Positions 24,131 through 37,811 of a stretch of DNA of 64,000 nt are shown here, piece after piece; position 1 is the stretch's first letter, and each line of letters starts with the position of its first letter. The notes beneath the pieces were generated by a model. That model worked only from the letters and a program-made list of their open reading frames with translations. It was not told the DNA's origin and did no database searches. This stretch comes from Octopus vulgaris (lineage: Eukaryota). The stretch lies in NCBI GenBank assembly GCA_951406725.2, contig OX597838.1, forward strand, positions 23,002,001 through 23,066,000. Direction: 5' to 3'. A program made the position numbers and the translations under genes.

Positions 24131-24730
24131 AGAGCAGCATCCTTTCCATTTTGTCTGCTGGGACTATGAGGCAGTTAGAATTACAGGAAATTGAGAGAAT
24201 ATAAGACTTCTCTTTTTCTTCTATACTTCTTTCCTTTCCTTTTTCTTTTGGTTTCATTGGACGTAGATAAGAGAAGGGTGAGAGTGGATGAGAGATTGAA
24301 AGTACCAGGCTTAAAAAAAAAGTGGGGCTGGGATCAATTTGTTTGACTAAAATGTGGTGCCCTAGCATGGCCACAGTCCAATGACTTAAACAGTAAAAGG
24401 ATTCAGCTCCTTGCTATACTTCCAGAAAGAGTGAGAAAGGGTTATCAGAGAATTTCTATGACTTCACCAGCTCCAGTTTCTGGCCTTGTCATTCCACCAG
24501 TTGTGATCTCAAGAATTACACTGTGTGGGGCATGTTTGTGAAAACCACCAATCGCTCTGCTGGCAACACCAAGGCTGTGCTGGTGACCAAGATTGCGGAA
24601 GTGCTTGATGATGTTCCCAGGGACACAGTGAGAAATGCATGAACTAAGTTCTGGAACTGTCTTGGGGCCATGGTGGAAGCTGAGGACAGCTAATTTGAGT
24701 AAACTGTTACCTTCCATCTATGATCTAGAT

Positions 24731-25030
24731 CAGTGGTTCCCAAAGTGGGCAGTACCACCCTTGGAGGTGGTGGAAAGATCGGGGGGGGGGGGGCTGAAGA
24801 AAAATGGAGCAATAATGGGGTGACCAAAAGGAAGCAATCGATGTAAAAAATAACAAACAAACTAACGGGTTAATTAGATTAAGTTCTATTTGTGAAATAC
24901 TGTTTTTTTTTTAATTTGCTGCAGAAAATGGTCTATGTCTGTGATAGTGAGTGGTGGTGGTGGTGTGGGGAACTAGGAATGAGGCCTTAGAACCAAGGGG
25001 GCAGCAGCCTGAAAAATTTAGGAACCACTG
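24731..25030. mobile_element. hAT (Charlie-like) MITE
   Basis: TIRs CAGTGGTTCC...GGAACCACTG and a perfect 8-bp TSD ATCTAGAT (24723-24730, 25031-25038). Confidence 0.9.
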
Positions 25031-25214
25031 ATCTAGATGATATTGATATTTTTGACTTTTAAAATCACTTATATTTTTGGAATGGATATTACGTTTTTTT
25101 TTCTTTTTAAGAAAACTGTCAAATTTAACCCAAACAGTATATTCAGAATATCAACGATAAGACTGACTTACATAGTGAGTTGTAATCAGTTTTGTAAGTT
25201 GCTATGATGCTGTT

Positions 25215-25506
25215 TGTTTCTTCTTGAGCCATACCTGGCTCCTAAGGGCCGGTTTCCTTGGCGTATAGGTTCCCCACCTGGACGGGACGCCAGTCCGTCG
25301 CAGGTGAGCTGCAAGATGCAGGAGGAAAGAGTGAGAGAAAGTTGTGGCAAAGGAGTCAGCAGAAGTTCACCATTACCTTCTGCTGGAGCCACGTGGAGCT
25401 TAGGTGTTTCACTCATAAACACACACATCGCTTGGTCTGAGATTCGAACATGCTATCCTTTGACTGCGAGTCTGCTGCTCTAGCCATTAGGCCATGCGCC
25501 TCTACG
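25215..25506 (-). mobile_element. tRNA-derived SINE (head shared with 44040-44392)
   Basis: Minus-strand head gcgcatggcctaatggctagagc...gttcgaatc with A/B-box-like motifs. The copy at ~44040-44392 has a different 3' part. Confidence 0.65.
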
Positions 25507-25867
25507 AGTTGCTATGATATCTATAGAAAATTCGATTACCTTCCATGAGTGTTAACAGAATAATAGTTATCTGCTAGATATCGTTATCGTTACCGCTGTT
25601 GTTGTCGAGTCATCATTGTCTTTTCACTATTGGTTGGATGGTTTGACAGGAGCTGGTACACCAGAGGACTCCACAGTGCTCCACTGTCTTCCTTCACATG
25701 GTTTTTACGGCTGGATGCCCTTTCTGATGCCCACCACTTTACAGAGAGAACTGGGTGCTTTTTACATGACAACATCACCAGCGAGTTCTGCTTTGGCCTG
25801 GTTCACCAGTGTCACCACCACCATGTAAAAACCCTCAAGCCCACTCTGTGGACCAGGAGTTATAATG

Positions 25868-27040
25868 TTAGGTTGTTCTAAAAACAATGGCCGATTTCAG
25901 AACCATAATTTCATTCTGGAAAAATTAACGATAGAAATGTTTTGATTAGTCAACATATGAGCTGTGAACATCTATGCATCTCTGCCATCAATCAACGAGA
26001 TTATTATTATGCCTCGTTGATAAAAACTTACTGGCTTTGATGCTAAGAAATCTTTGAAAGCTGATTCCACCTCTTGTTTGGACCTGAAAGTTTTATCACT
26101 TAAAAATGATGTGTTTAAATGCTTTAAAAAATGGTAGTCAGTGAGTGAAAGATCAGGAGAATATGGAGGATGTGGTAAAGTCTTGTATCCCAAGTCTGTG
26201 AGTTTCTGCAACATCATTCTTGCAACATATAGCTTTGCATTATTGTGGAGCAGAATTGGGCCATGCCAATTCACCAATGCAGGTCTCATTTTTTGCAAGT
26301 GAGCATGTGTTTCAGTGAGTTAATTGCAGTAAACCTCTGCTGTACTGCTCTGATTGGCTTCTAGGAAGCTGTAATGGACAACATCAATTGCAGACCGCCA
26401 GACAGTTACCATAATCTTTTGATGATGCAACTTTGGCTTTGGGAAATGTCTGGGAGACTCATCACAATCAAGCCATTGACCTGATCATTTAAGGTTATCA
26501 TAAAGGGTCCACTTTTTGTCACAAGTGACTATTCGGTCAAGAAAAGGATCATTGTTGTTTTGCAGAAAGAGCATTGAGCACACTTCAAAACGCCAAATGT
26601 TTTGATTTTCATTGGGCTCATGTGGTGCCCATTTATTGAGATTTTTCATCTTACCAATCTTCTGCAAATTGCATGAGACCATTGCAATACAGACACCAAG
26701 TGCCTGAGATATTTCTCTGATACTCTGTCGCGGGTTTTGTTCAACAATTTCTTTCAACTCTTCATTGTTAAGGCTGCATGCCCATCCTCTACCTTCTCCA
26801 CCTTCAATGCTCTCATCACCACTACGGAATTTCTGAAACCACCTTCGTATTGTCCGATCACTTGTGGACCCCTCTCCCCAAGTTCTTTTGATGTTGGCAG
26901 CAGCTTGGGAGGCATTGTACCCAAGCTTGAACTCATTCAAGAAAAGTAAGCGAACGTCCTTTTTTTACCATCTTCATAATTAAGGGTACCTATGCTTCAA
27001 GAATGTTTTCTGTCTGAAATAAATAGGAAATTATTAAAGA
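25868..27040 (-). mobile_element. Decayed mariner (cecropia/Hsmar1-like)
   Basis: EFKLGYNASQAAANI..WGEG...RWFQKFRSGD, KWAPHE, RIVTCDKKW, HNNAKLY, HPPYSPDLSLTDYHF; stops and frameshifts; TIR-like ttaggttgttctaaaaac at 25868. Confidence 0.88.
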
Positions 27041-27044
27041 TACA

Positions 27045-27368
27045 GATTCCATGAACAGCAAGGCTCACCAATGGAGAATTCTTAAGCAGATAAGGCCGAA
27101 AATGTCCCTAGAAGCTAGGATCACCAAGCATAGATTGGCATATTTCAGTCATATTATGCAGAGAAAATCCCTGGAGAAGGACATCATGCTCGGAATGGTC
27201 AGTGGCAAGAGAGGAAGAGGCCGACCAAGAACCCGCTGGCTTGACACCATCAAGAGTGATACCGGAATGGACATAGCCAATCTGAAAGAAGCGGCCCAGG
27301 ATAGAACTGACTGGAGGACACTGATCCAAGTGACCGAGAGTCGACTTCGACTGAGCGGTTAGAGAGAG
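27045..27368 (+). mobile_element. 5'-truncated RTE (BovB-like) LINE insertion
   Basis: SLEARITKHRLAYFSHIMQR.SLEKDIMLG...GKRGRGRPRTRWLD followed by an (AG)n tail; candidate TSD AGATACA on both sides. Confidence 0.85.
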
Positions 27369-27459
27369 AGATACATTAATTATTATGTTGAAATTCACCT
27401 AAAATATAATTAAAATACTATGATAAAATTGCATTTCAAAACACAACACAACACCAGGG

Positions 27460-28390
27460 TTTATGTATTATCCATACAATTTCAAAGGTGATTAAAATCA
27501 AAATAAGCAACAAGGATATCCAGAGGTAATGCAGTACAATAGTTTCAAGCAACTCTAATTGAACAATGCAATCATTACATCAGTTTAAATGCAGAGCATT
27601 CCTCAGCTGCATAAAGACAGAATTTAATTAAATTAAAACAGATGGACACATTAGTATAATTTTACTTAAAATCTCCAAGAAAATAAGGAGATAGACAAAG
27701 AACATGCTGTCTTCACTTCAGCTTAGAAGCTACTAAGGTATCAGGAAGGAAGACATGTTACAGATTTTGCTTGTCACTGTTTTATGGGATCAGTTTTAAT
27801 TTAGAGACTAGTTTATCAAATCTTTGTATATCTAAGGCCAAAAGAACAAGGAGTAGTGTCTGCTAGGAAGGGGGATGAGGGAGTTGACAGAAATCATAGT
27901 GGGTATAGTCATAAAAAACTATCAAGATTTATTTGAAGCAATATAATGAGATTTGGTAAAGGAAATCTTAAATCAAGATGTTAGCTGACAATTAAAGGGG
28001 CAAGCCTCCAATATTTCCGGTGATCACTATAGGGACGATGCTTTGTTTGTGGTCCACAGTTGCAGTAACTGAGAAGTCAAAGAATATAGGAAAAGAATCA
28101 GATCCTTTTTTAAGAACATGGGCCTTAGTGTCTCCTTTAGCTTCACCCTTAAAACCACTGACTACTACAAAATGACTCCTTCCGTCCCTACCACAAACCA
28201 GGTGAAAACCTAAATTATGTAAGTTTCTTGTTTAATCACTCCCTCTTTGTCTTTAAACCGGTTGTTAACAGCATCTCCTATTGAATTTTATCTTCATCCA
28301 CCGATAAGAAAATATTCAAGCAACATGTCAAATATTATAATAGGGCCCTAAATCGAGCTAGTTATAAGAACTCAATTAGGAATATCTGAA
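27460..28390 (+). mobile_element. Penelope-like element relic (RT/thumb fragments)
   Basis: YRDDALF at 28028, then FRPYHKPGENLNYV..FNH and KIFKQHVKYYNRALNRASY, motifs typical of Penelope-like RTs; many disablements. Confidence 0.7.
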
Positions 28391-28489
28391 TTTATATGTG
28401 TGTGGATGTGCACATGCCTATGTTTGTGTATGTATTTATGTGTGGGTGATCATTTACCTTATGAGTTCATATGTGCTTGTATATATGAT

Positions 28490-28760
28490 GGACTCTCCCA
28501 CCAGTTTTGGTGTACAGGGATCTGACAACCTACACTTAAGTTGAATGTGGCATTTGAGTCCCGCCAATGATTTGCAAAGAAGCCTGCAGGTTTTGCAAGT
28601 ATGAAAATTACAGGTTGGTGCAGATGGTATGTATGCAGCTGTTTTACTCCTTTGCCTTGCACCCCTTAGCCTGTTAATGCTGGTTGAGACAAAGTCTCTT
28701 ACACCATTTTGACACAGCCAGTCTCCATTTTGTTTGCTCCATGCGCTCAAGGGTGTTGTG
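28490..28760 (-). mobile_element. RTE LINE 3' end with Cys/His motif
   Basis: W..C..G...F...R then CKTCRLLCKSLAGLKCH, the C-terminal zinc-knuckle-like pattern of RTE ORFs. Confidence 0.6.
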
Positions 28761-29161
28761 AGCTATATTGACTGGTGAGCGGTTACTCTTCAGCTTGTCC
28801 TGTCCTGATATCTGAGCCATGGTCAACCAAACACTCCCAGGCTATCAAGCTGGTTGTAGAAGAGGATATTGGGTACTTTCTCGTCACTGAAAAATATGTG
28901 TGTGTGTGTGAAAATTTGAGTATACATATGTGTCTGTGTACAGTTGCATATATGTGTATAAGTTGGAGTCTAGGTATATTTATATGTAGGTCTATGTATG
29001 TATGTGTATCTGCGTGTGTATTGTGGATGCAGGCAGGCGTGCTTATGTACAAGAACCTTTTGTTCTATAGAACGGAAAACCCCAACTCCACTGCAATTTT
29101 ACCTGCATAAATTTGGACAACTGCATTGAAGCCATCAGCAAAAATCTATTGTCACGTCTCT

Positions 29162-29416
29162 TGAACAGATTTTTATGACAATACTTTTCCCATGACGGTC
29201 CTTCCTTCCTTATTCTTCTTTCATCTTTCCTTCCTACACCTCAACTCTAAACCACACCTCGTCTTGCATATTTTGCAACATACTTTTATTCTTTTACTCT
29301 TTCCAGTCATTTGACAGTGGCCATGCTAGAGCACTGCCTTAGAGGTTTTAGTTGAAGAAATTGACCCTAGGACTTATTATTTGTAAGCCTAGAACTAATT
29401 CCCTAAGTTTGAAGTT

Positions 29417-29448
<32 letters not shown>

Positions 29449-30025
29449 TCAACAACAATTGTTGTTGAATTTCATATATATAGCCTCTGACTATTTTCTC
29501 ATTCTCACTAGGTATAAAAATTTATTGTAGGTCTATTGTAATTATCTTTGTATATGCAGGCAGGCGTATATTATGTACAAGATTTTTGTTCTATATATAA
29601 TACCCCATACAATACATACATATATACACACATATATATATACATACACATATATATATATATTGTCACATATATATATATGAACAGATTTTTATGACAA
29701 TACTTTTCCCATGACGGTCCTTCCTTATTCTTCTTTCATCTTTCCTTCCTACACCTCAACTCTAAACCACACCTCGTCTTGCATATTTTGCAACATACTT
29801 TTATTCTTTTACTCTTTCCAGTCATTTGACAGTGGCCATGCTAGAGCACTGCCTTAGAGGTTTTAGTTGAAGAAATTGACCCTAGGACTTATTATTTGTA
29901 AGCCTAGAACTAATTCCCTAAGTTTGAAGTTACACACACATACATACATATATATATATATATTCAACAACAATTGTTGTTGAATTTATATATATAGCCT
30001 CTGACTATTTTCTCATTCTCACTAG
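29162..30025. repeat. Tandem duplication (~520-bp spacing)
   Basis: 29162-29510 and 29681-30025 are almost identical. Confidence 0.88.
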
Positions 30026-31219
30026 GCACTGGTGGCGAAAAAATTTCTATTGAATTTTTTGCTACCCTATATTGATTAACATATATATATACATACATAC
30101 ATATATACACACATATATATATACACACATATATATATATACATATATATATATACACACATATATATACACACATATATATATACATACACACATATAT
30201 ATATACATATATATATATATATACACATATATATACACATATATATATATATATACACATATATATATACACACATATATATATATACACATATATATAT
30301 ACACACACACATAAACGTGTGTATATATATATACACACATGTATATATTGTATAAACGACAAGTTTCTTTCAGTTTCCGTCTACCAAATCTACTCACAAG
30401 GCTTTGGTTGTCCCAAAGTTATAGTAGAAAACACTTGCCCAAGGTGCCATGCAGTGGGAATGAACTTGGAGCCATGCGGTTGGGATTTAAAAACTGTTTT
30501 TTTTTTTTCATGTTTTATTACTAGATTTTCCTCTTCTGGTGAACTCAACATTGTGGTGTGGCTGACTTAGAAACTCTGTACAACAATGTAATCCTCATGA
30601 AGATTATCTCAGCTTGACAATTAGCTACATCAAGTAGAGTTGATTGCATAATAATTACGTCATAAACTTCAGCTAGTTAAGAAACATATGTAGTGTACAT
30701 TTTACCTGTTCTGCTCCCTCAATTTGGATGTGTGTGTGACAAAATTTTTATTTTTTGTTTTTGGTCAGTGTTATTTCCTATTTGCTTCCATCTTAAAGAT
30801 CAAAGGAAATCACTACTGTTCTCTTTAAACTTTGCTTTTCTGACATGGGCATCAATGTTTTTGAAACTGATCTATTTCCCATTACATTTCAGACAAATCC
30901 AGTGCCGAGTTGCTGAAGCTGAAATATCGTTATAGCAAATATTCTGCTCAATACTAAAGATTTGGCAAAGCACTTAACCAGTGTCTTGGAGGATGTGGGT
31001 TCAAGTCCTATGGCTATTTGTTGACAACTTTTTCCATCCAGTAAGTGTAATTTACCCATTATATCTGCTGTTTTAATGGTGATACTACATTGGAAAAAAA
31101 TACCACCTTCTTGTTTATATTGTGCATTACACATTTGATGCTTCTACGGAAAACAATTGTGAGTTTGTTCAAATATACATACATAGTTTTTTTATGTATT
31201 TATATATCGTTGCTATTAT

Positions 31220-31597
31220 AGGTGCAGGAGTGGCTGTGTGGTAAGTAGCTTTTTTACCAAACACATGGTTCCGGGTTCAGTCCCACTGCGTGGCACCTTG
31301 GGCAAGTGTCTTCTACTATAGCCTCGGGCCGACCAAAGCCTTGTGAGTGGATTTGGTAGACGGAAACTGAAAGAGGCCCGTCGTATATATATGCGTGTGT
31401 CTGTGTTTGTCCCCCTAGCATTGCTTGACATCCGATGCTGGTGTGTTTATGTCCCCATTACTTAGCGGTTCGGCAAAAGAGACTGATAGAATGAGTACTG
31501 GGCTTACAAAAGAATAAGTCCCAAGGGTCGAGTTGCTCGATTAAAGGCGGTGCTCCAGCATGGCCACAGTCAAATGACTGAAACAAGTAAAAAGAGA
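31220..31597 (+). mobile_element. SINE family A, full length
   Basis: Collinear with the other family A copies. Confidence 0.8.
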
Positions 31598-31800
31598 AAG
31601 AGATTATGCAAAAGTGTCATAAGTCCAAAACGTTGCTTTTTCAGATGACGAAAAAATAGTTTTACCATTCCATAGCAAGACCATTGTACTCTACTTTGAC
31701 AATTTTTTGATATCTTGGCATCTGAAGATACGATAGTTTGATCAAAAGAGCCAGCTGTTACAAGCAAAAATAAATATCGAAATTAACACATTAGGTCAAA

Positions 31801-32184
31801 TCTCTCTCTATATAAACAGCAGTTTGTCTGTGCGTGTTTCTGTGTGTCTGTTAGGTTGTACCCTCACCCTGACCACGGCTTTCAACCGATTCTGATGAAA
31901 CTTGACACACACATAGCCCAATGTCATAATTCAAAACTAACGCAGCGAAAATTTTGAAAAGTTCCCCCAGTTCTGAAAAAATCGATAAATTCGACATGGG
32001 GTCGAGAATCAGGAACACAAACCACAAACTTTGTAGGTGACGCAACTCCACCTTTTTTAACTATCAAAAAAAATTTACCATAATTTTTTCCTTTTTTTTT
32101 TGCTATTTTTTGGCTATAACTCTCTAAAAATGCTTTATAGTTATTTCCCTTACAAACCTGAGCAACGCCGGGCGATACTGCTAG
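31801..32184 (+). mobile_element. Non-autonomous Helitron
   Basis: A|TC start, 3' hairpin gagcaacgccgggcg and CTAG|T end. Same 3' end as 17137-17649 but different interior. Confidence 0.8.
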
Positions 32185-33445
32185 TTTGGACATACAACAG
32201 TTTAACATAATAGCAACGATATATATTACTTAGTGTAATGGTACAGAGCACTCAACCAGTAACTGAGAGATACAAGGTTCAATTTTCTGTAGCCACCAGC
32301 AAGCAACATTTTATTTTTCCATTTTCTAAGTGTATTTACCCAATTTTCTAGGTTGTTTTCACAGCTAGCTCACACTCAAAATTCACTTTATTTTCTGTGA
32401 GATATCTTATGGTAGTGGGATAGTATTTAACTGCTATTTCTAAATTTCGGTATGTGGTGAAGCAATTTTGCCGAACCCTAATTATAATTATACTTATAAT
32501 TATAGAATTTTTGTATAAAGTTACCGATAATGGTTCTTTTAACATACTGAACTACTTGGTCATCATCATCATCATCATCATCATTTAGCGTCCGCTTTCC
32601 ATGCTAGCATGGGTTGGACGGGTCAACTAGCATGGGTTGGTAAAATTATTAATTGATTTTACCCTTTATTATTATTGATTAGATCGCTAGCCACTACACA
32701 TTCTTTATTTTCTCTCGTTGTTTCTTTCTGTAGAAGAGCGTAGGCTTGAAACATTAAAGACTTTTTCACTTCCTGAGCGTTAAACTAATACATCTGTTTG
32801 TTGTCTACACCACCTGTCGTCTTTTTTGTGAATTCTCCCTATATATATCATTCAGAATCAAAAAGTTTTCTTCCATTGAACCTTGTGGTGTGTATGCAAC
32901 CAGTTGATGTGAATAGGATTGCATTGTGGGTTTTTTTTCTTCCCTTTCTTCCCCACAAATGATTTCAGCAGTTTTATACATTGTATTGTGCCTGATTTTC
33001 GCTGCACTTATTTTCTAAAGAAGAAAAGAAACTTATTTCAAAAAGGTATTTTTTGTCAATTTTGTTTGACGCACAGAATTAGGCACGCACGCTGACACAC
33101 ACGTCACTATATCTTTTGAAAACAGTTGCTGTTCAAAAATGTTTTTTGACAACAGGTCAAGGTTGACAACTTTGTAATATTTTTTTAGCAATTTTTATTT
33201 TTTTCTTTCTACTTTTCTTTCAAATGCATTTTTTTTCAAAAAACTGTTTTATTATTATGTTAAATTTCAAATACAAAAAAAAAAGATAGAAAAAAAAAAA
33301 AGACATGTACAATATGGAAAATCTCTGATTTTTCAGTCATGTTCTTCGAATGGAGTTTGTTAGATAGCAAAAAGTGGTAATAATGTTATTTTATTTTTCG
33401 TTTTAAATACCAGAGTTATCTATATATTATAATAAATATATATTA

Positions 33446-33488
<43 letters not shown>

Positions 33489-36400
33489 GACAGAGACATA
33501 CAAGCAATTGACAGATAAATAGACATGAAGAGGAACAGGTAAACATGAAAACAGATAGAGAGAGATAGATAGAGAGAGAGAGAGACATGTAGATTGAGAG
33601 ACAGACGAACATATAGAGGGAGAGATAAACAGACATGTACAAGTTGTCAGTCTGTGAGAGAGATGTGGGTACACAGTCGAACTTAATACAAACGAAGTAT
33701 ATGGACTGATGCACATGGAAGTGATGGACACGTGCCAACACAGAGAGAGAGAGAGAGAGACAGAGACAGACAGACAGACATTTAGTTAGATAGTTAAATA
33801 GACATGCAGAGAGAGAGAGAGAGAGATAGATATAAAATCGGTTAGCGGGGACTATACATGGAGTGAAAGGAGGGGGGGATGGGGCTAGGCAAGTCAGATG
33901 CACGCATAATTAGACAGATAGATAGATAGATGGGATAGAAACAGAGAGGAAAGGCCCAGGGAGTATAATGAAGACCAGGGAATGAGAGGAGGTGGGTACA
34001 ATGGGTGTAGTGGAGAAACTCTGGAGAGGAAGAGGAAAAAGAAGCGAGTACATAAATAGATTCAAAATTATGCGGCAGATAGGAGGGGAAGATAAGAAAG
34101 AAAGATTGTATCCCATCAATGGGGATACATTGGCTAAGATGTTTCTACACATTGTGAAACAGGATGCATTTCAAACCTAAGATTATAATTATTATTACTA
34201 TTATTATTGTTAGTAGTAGTATCGTCGTCGTCATCATCATCATCGTTAATAGCATTGTGGCAGTAACCTTCAGTGCCACAGAAAAAGTTAAAATTAATTC
34301 CTTTTTCAATTTTTTTCTTTATAAATTGTAAATTAATTCCTCGTGGCAAAACAATTTATTGAATTTTGCAACCTCTCTTATGCAACATAATATTTGCTGA
34401 CAAACCATCACTAGTTCCCCCCCCACCGACTCTTACCAATCTCACTCGTGGGTGAATTAGTCAATCAGTTTTGTCCCTCCTACGTCGCGAGTTCAAAATG
34501 CTGTCAGCAAAGCGGAGGGGTGAGGAGGGCAAAGGGGTTTTTGTGTGTGCGTGTGTGTGTGTGAGACAAAAGTAAAGCAAATTTATCAAACCATGGAAAA
34601 AAAATTGGCTTGTTACGAAAAAGGAAGACGAAAAAAGTTTGATATTTCAAACCACATCCTTCATCAGAAAGAGAGAAAGTTAACAGGGCCGGAAACCTTT
34701 ACAAATATCTCATTATCTGGTGAAAAATATTGCCTGAAATAATGCTTTCCACTTCTTCCTCCTGACACAATCAATTATTTCCACTGTTTCTGATTCCATT
34801 AATTGCCATTACAGACCATCACTAGTTACAATGAATGCTACTGTTTACCTTTTCTTAATTGCAGTAAATAAGATGTACCAGGCATAATGTGTGTGTGTTT
34901 TGAGACAAGGGTGGCAAATCTGATCAACAGTACAACACACACACACAATACTGTCTCTCCAGCTTTCACACGACCACTACCACGCAAATGAACCAACCAA
35001 TTAAAAGCCAGAGCAGGAACCTCTATACCAGGTATGGACAATCATTTACAAGAAGTGGGGGCCCATGTGACATTGCTCATTATCAGGCAGGTTGCCTTAC
35101 ATAAAAAAAAAACAAAAAAACATTGATGGTGATTTTTCATTAGGCTTACCATTCACAAAAGCCCCACGGGCTGCAAGTTGCCTGTGGTTGGTTGGTTGCT
35201 CACTCTGCTAAATATTGCACAATGTGTATAATACATTGTACACAGTCTTAGGTATTTATTACAATAAGACAAGATAAAGTTTGAACTTAGAATGTAAAGA
35301 TGGACGAAATGCAGATAAGCATTTTGCTTGGCCTGCTCATGATTCTGCCATCAATGAGGAAAAGTTGTTGAGCCTGCAGCGCAGCACCTGAAGCAGCAGC
35401 TATCCCTTAAGGTGAGGAGGAAGCACTAATTATTCAGGTGGACTAGAGGTGGCAAGTCTCCATAGTATTTAATTCTTTATTGCCCACAAGGGGCTAAACA
35501 TAGAGGGGACAGACAAAGGGACTACGTCAATTACATTGACTCCAGTGCGTAAGTGGTACTTATTTAATCGACCCCGAAAGGATGAAAGGCAAAATCGACC
35601 TTTGTCATCTACAACTACCTGACTAGAACACTTGCACTTTTATTTGTTTTTGTAGTGGGGACACGAGTTCTGCTGGTCAGATAAGTACATTTGCTGGCAA
35701 CACCTGCTGCATGGAAGGCTGGGTGTGCTGTGGCTAAAGATGTGCAGACACATGCTGAGGCTGCAGCATCTTCAATGTCTCCTCAACAGTGAACATGTGC
35801 AGTCATCATTTATTTGTCAGGTTGGGTTTCCCACAGCTTGTCTTTTTGACAGAGCTACAGTCCTGGATTGAGTATAAACCAAAGCAGGGCACCTAGCACC
35901 TTGAGTGTCATCAGGTGTTCTCACAGCCCTCCACCACTTGAGCAGTGCAATCATTGAAAGTTCCACCATGGTGTGCCATAGAGGACTAGAGGCAGGCAAG
36001 GGTAGCATGCTTGGGGAGACTCCAGGCATCGACTAGAATCAAGTGACTGGTCTGTTTTAGGGGACATTCAGGTTGGGGCCTATGGATAATTTCCATAAAT
36101 CCCTGACCTCGCCATGCTACCAGGGGATGTTGTCAGTCAGGGATAAAACTATAGCGGCATTGTGGTGCCATCAGCCAAGCCTGTCCCAAAACAACTCAGA
36201 GTGACGAAACAATCCTGCATCTGCTTGCAGTGTCTGAGCATTGCTGCATTTATGCTAAACACCCGCAGATGCGTGTAGGACGGATCTGGTTACCAACCGA
36301 CTCCAGTGTGAAGATTCCACTCTTCACTTTCCTTTGGCTGGGAGGAGCAGCCAGGTTTCCTCTGTCTGGTGGCTATGGCAACAGAAGCTGTGAGGTGGAT

Positions 36401-36959
36401 GAGACTGAAAGGACCCTTTCAGTGAAGCCTTCATGGACCTTTTCTCAAGTTTTATTTCCACCTTCCAAAACTAGGGTGAGGGTTGAGAAGGGGGGGTGTT
36501 CCCTTACCACCACCACCCTGTAAATATGTTAGGTGGGTGAATGTTGTGAGAATGATTTGAGTGAGCGAGCGTAGTTTAAGCAGGTGACTAGAGAGAACTA
36601 GAGTAGGGCAGCCCAGGGTCTGTGAATTTCTCTGGTTACCATCACCATCACAATATTCGTTTTCCATGCTAGCATGGGTTGGAAACTTTGAGGGGAACTG
36701 GTAGGTCAGACTGCACCAAGCCTTGCAGTGGTAGGTACACTTTGGTATTATTTCTTCAGCTGGGGGTAAATTTGCTGTTACACATGTCTATCTAACCCCG
36801 CCCCGGCTGGTCTTTGTATGGTTCCGAAATGTTTTTGGCCCTTGCGACAAATAAATCATCATTATTACTATTACAATTGTAGTGCATCAACTCATTGCAA
36901 AAAAAAGAAACCAATTCTCTACTTTTGATACTGAGTAGTCTCCCTTAGATTTAACATCG

Positions 36960-37291
36960 TTTCAACCTTTAACATTCAGAATACTGTGAAATGTAAAGCT
37001 TATTTATTCGCATTGTTTCGAATTAAACCTGCATTGTTTTGTAGTTTTGAGATTTCAATGATGTGATAGGCCGTATTTAAACATAAAACAGGTAGAATAT
37101 TCGGGTTGAAGATGGTCAGTATTAACCCTTTAGCATTCGGATTACTCTGTCAAATGTAATGCATATTTATTCACATTGTTTTGAATTAATCATGCATTAT
37201 CTTGTAGCCTTGAGATGTCAAAGATGTGATTGTTTATTTTTAGGATTAATTATTTGGGCCGGATATGGTTGGTTTAAATGAAAAGAGTTAA
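36960..37291. mobile_element. Two adjacent TTAA-flanked (piggyBac-like) MITE copies
   Basis: ttaa|ccctttagcattc...aaaagag|ttaa for the second copy. Related copies at ~48750-48915 and ~53500-53705. Confidence 0.6.
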
Positions 37292-37779
37292 CTCTCCGTG
37301 ACACAGTTTTGGTCTCAAGGAACTAAAAAATCTGTGCTTGACAGTATTGGTATTAACACTGTTGTTGATAGCCCGTCACCCTGTCTGAGTCAGTCAATAA
37401 ATACCGGTTATGTAATGGTGTATGGCTGGAGGAAGAGCTATGAGGAGCGGATGGACGACGGTAGGGAGGTGGGTGTAAATTTAGTCGCCTGTGATTCTGT
37501 TCGTCAATCTCGATGTGAGATTTCTGACCCAAGTTAGACATTCTCATCACCACCACAAACATGACCGATACAACTGCCATCATCATCATCGATATCATTG
37601 TCACCACCACCATCACCACTACTACCACTATAACCATCGAGTCAATGAAGTGACCAAAGAGGTCACATGCTCATGAGCTGAATCTCATGAAATGATGGTG
37701 GTTTGCATGTATGTGTAATGGTTGACATTTACAAGCAGTACCTGTACCATATGAAGGCTATTCCTATGTAAGATGTGTA

Positions 37780-37811
<32 letters not shown>

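Noticed and set aside
24440-24720. Possible LINE fragment
   Set aside because: Composition suggests a decayed retroelement, but I could not identify a diagnostic motif.
25972-26940. SETMAR/Metnase host gene
   Set aside because: Similarity is to the mariner transposase only; no SET domain, multiple disablements, TIR present.
29964-30397. Tyr/Ile/Cys/Val-rich ORFs
   Set aside because: (TA)n/(CA)n microsatellite translations.
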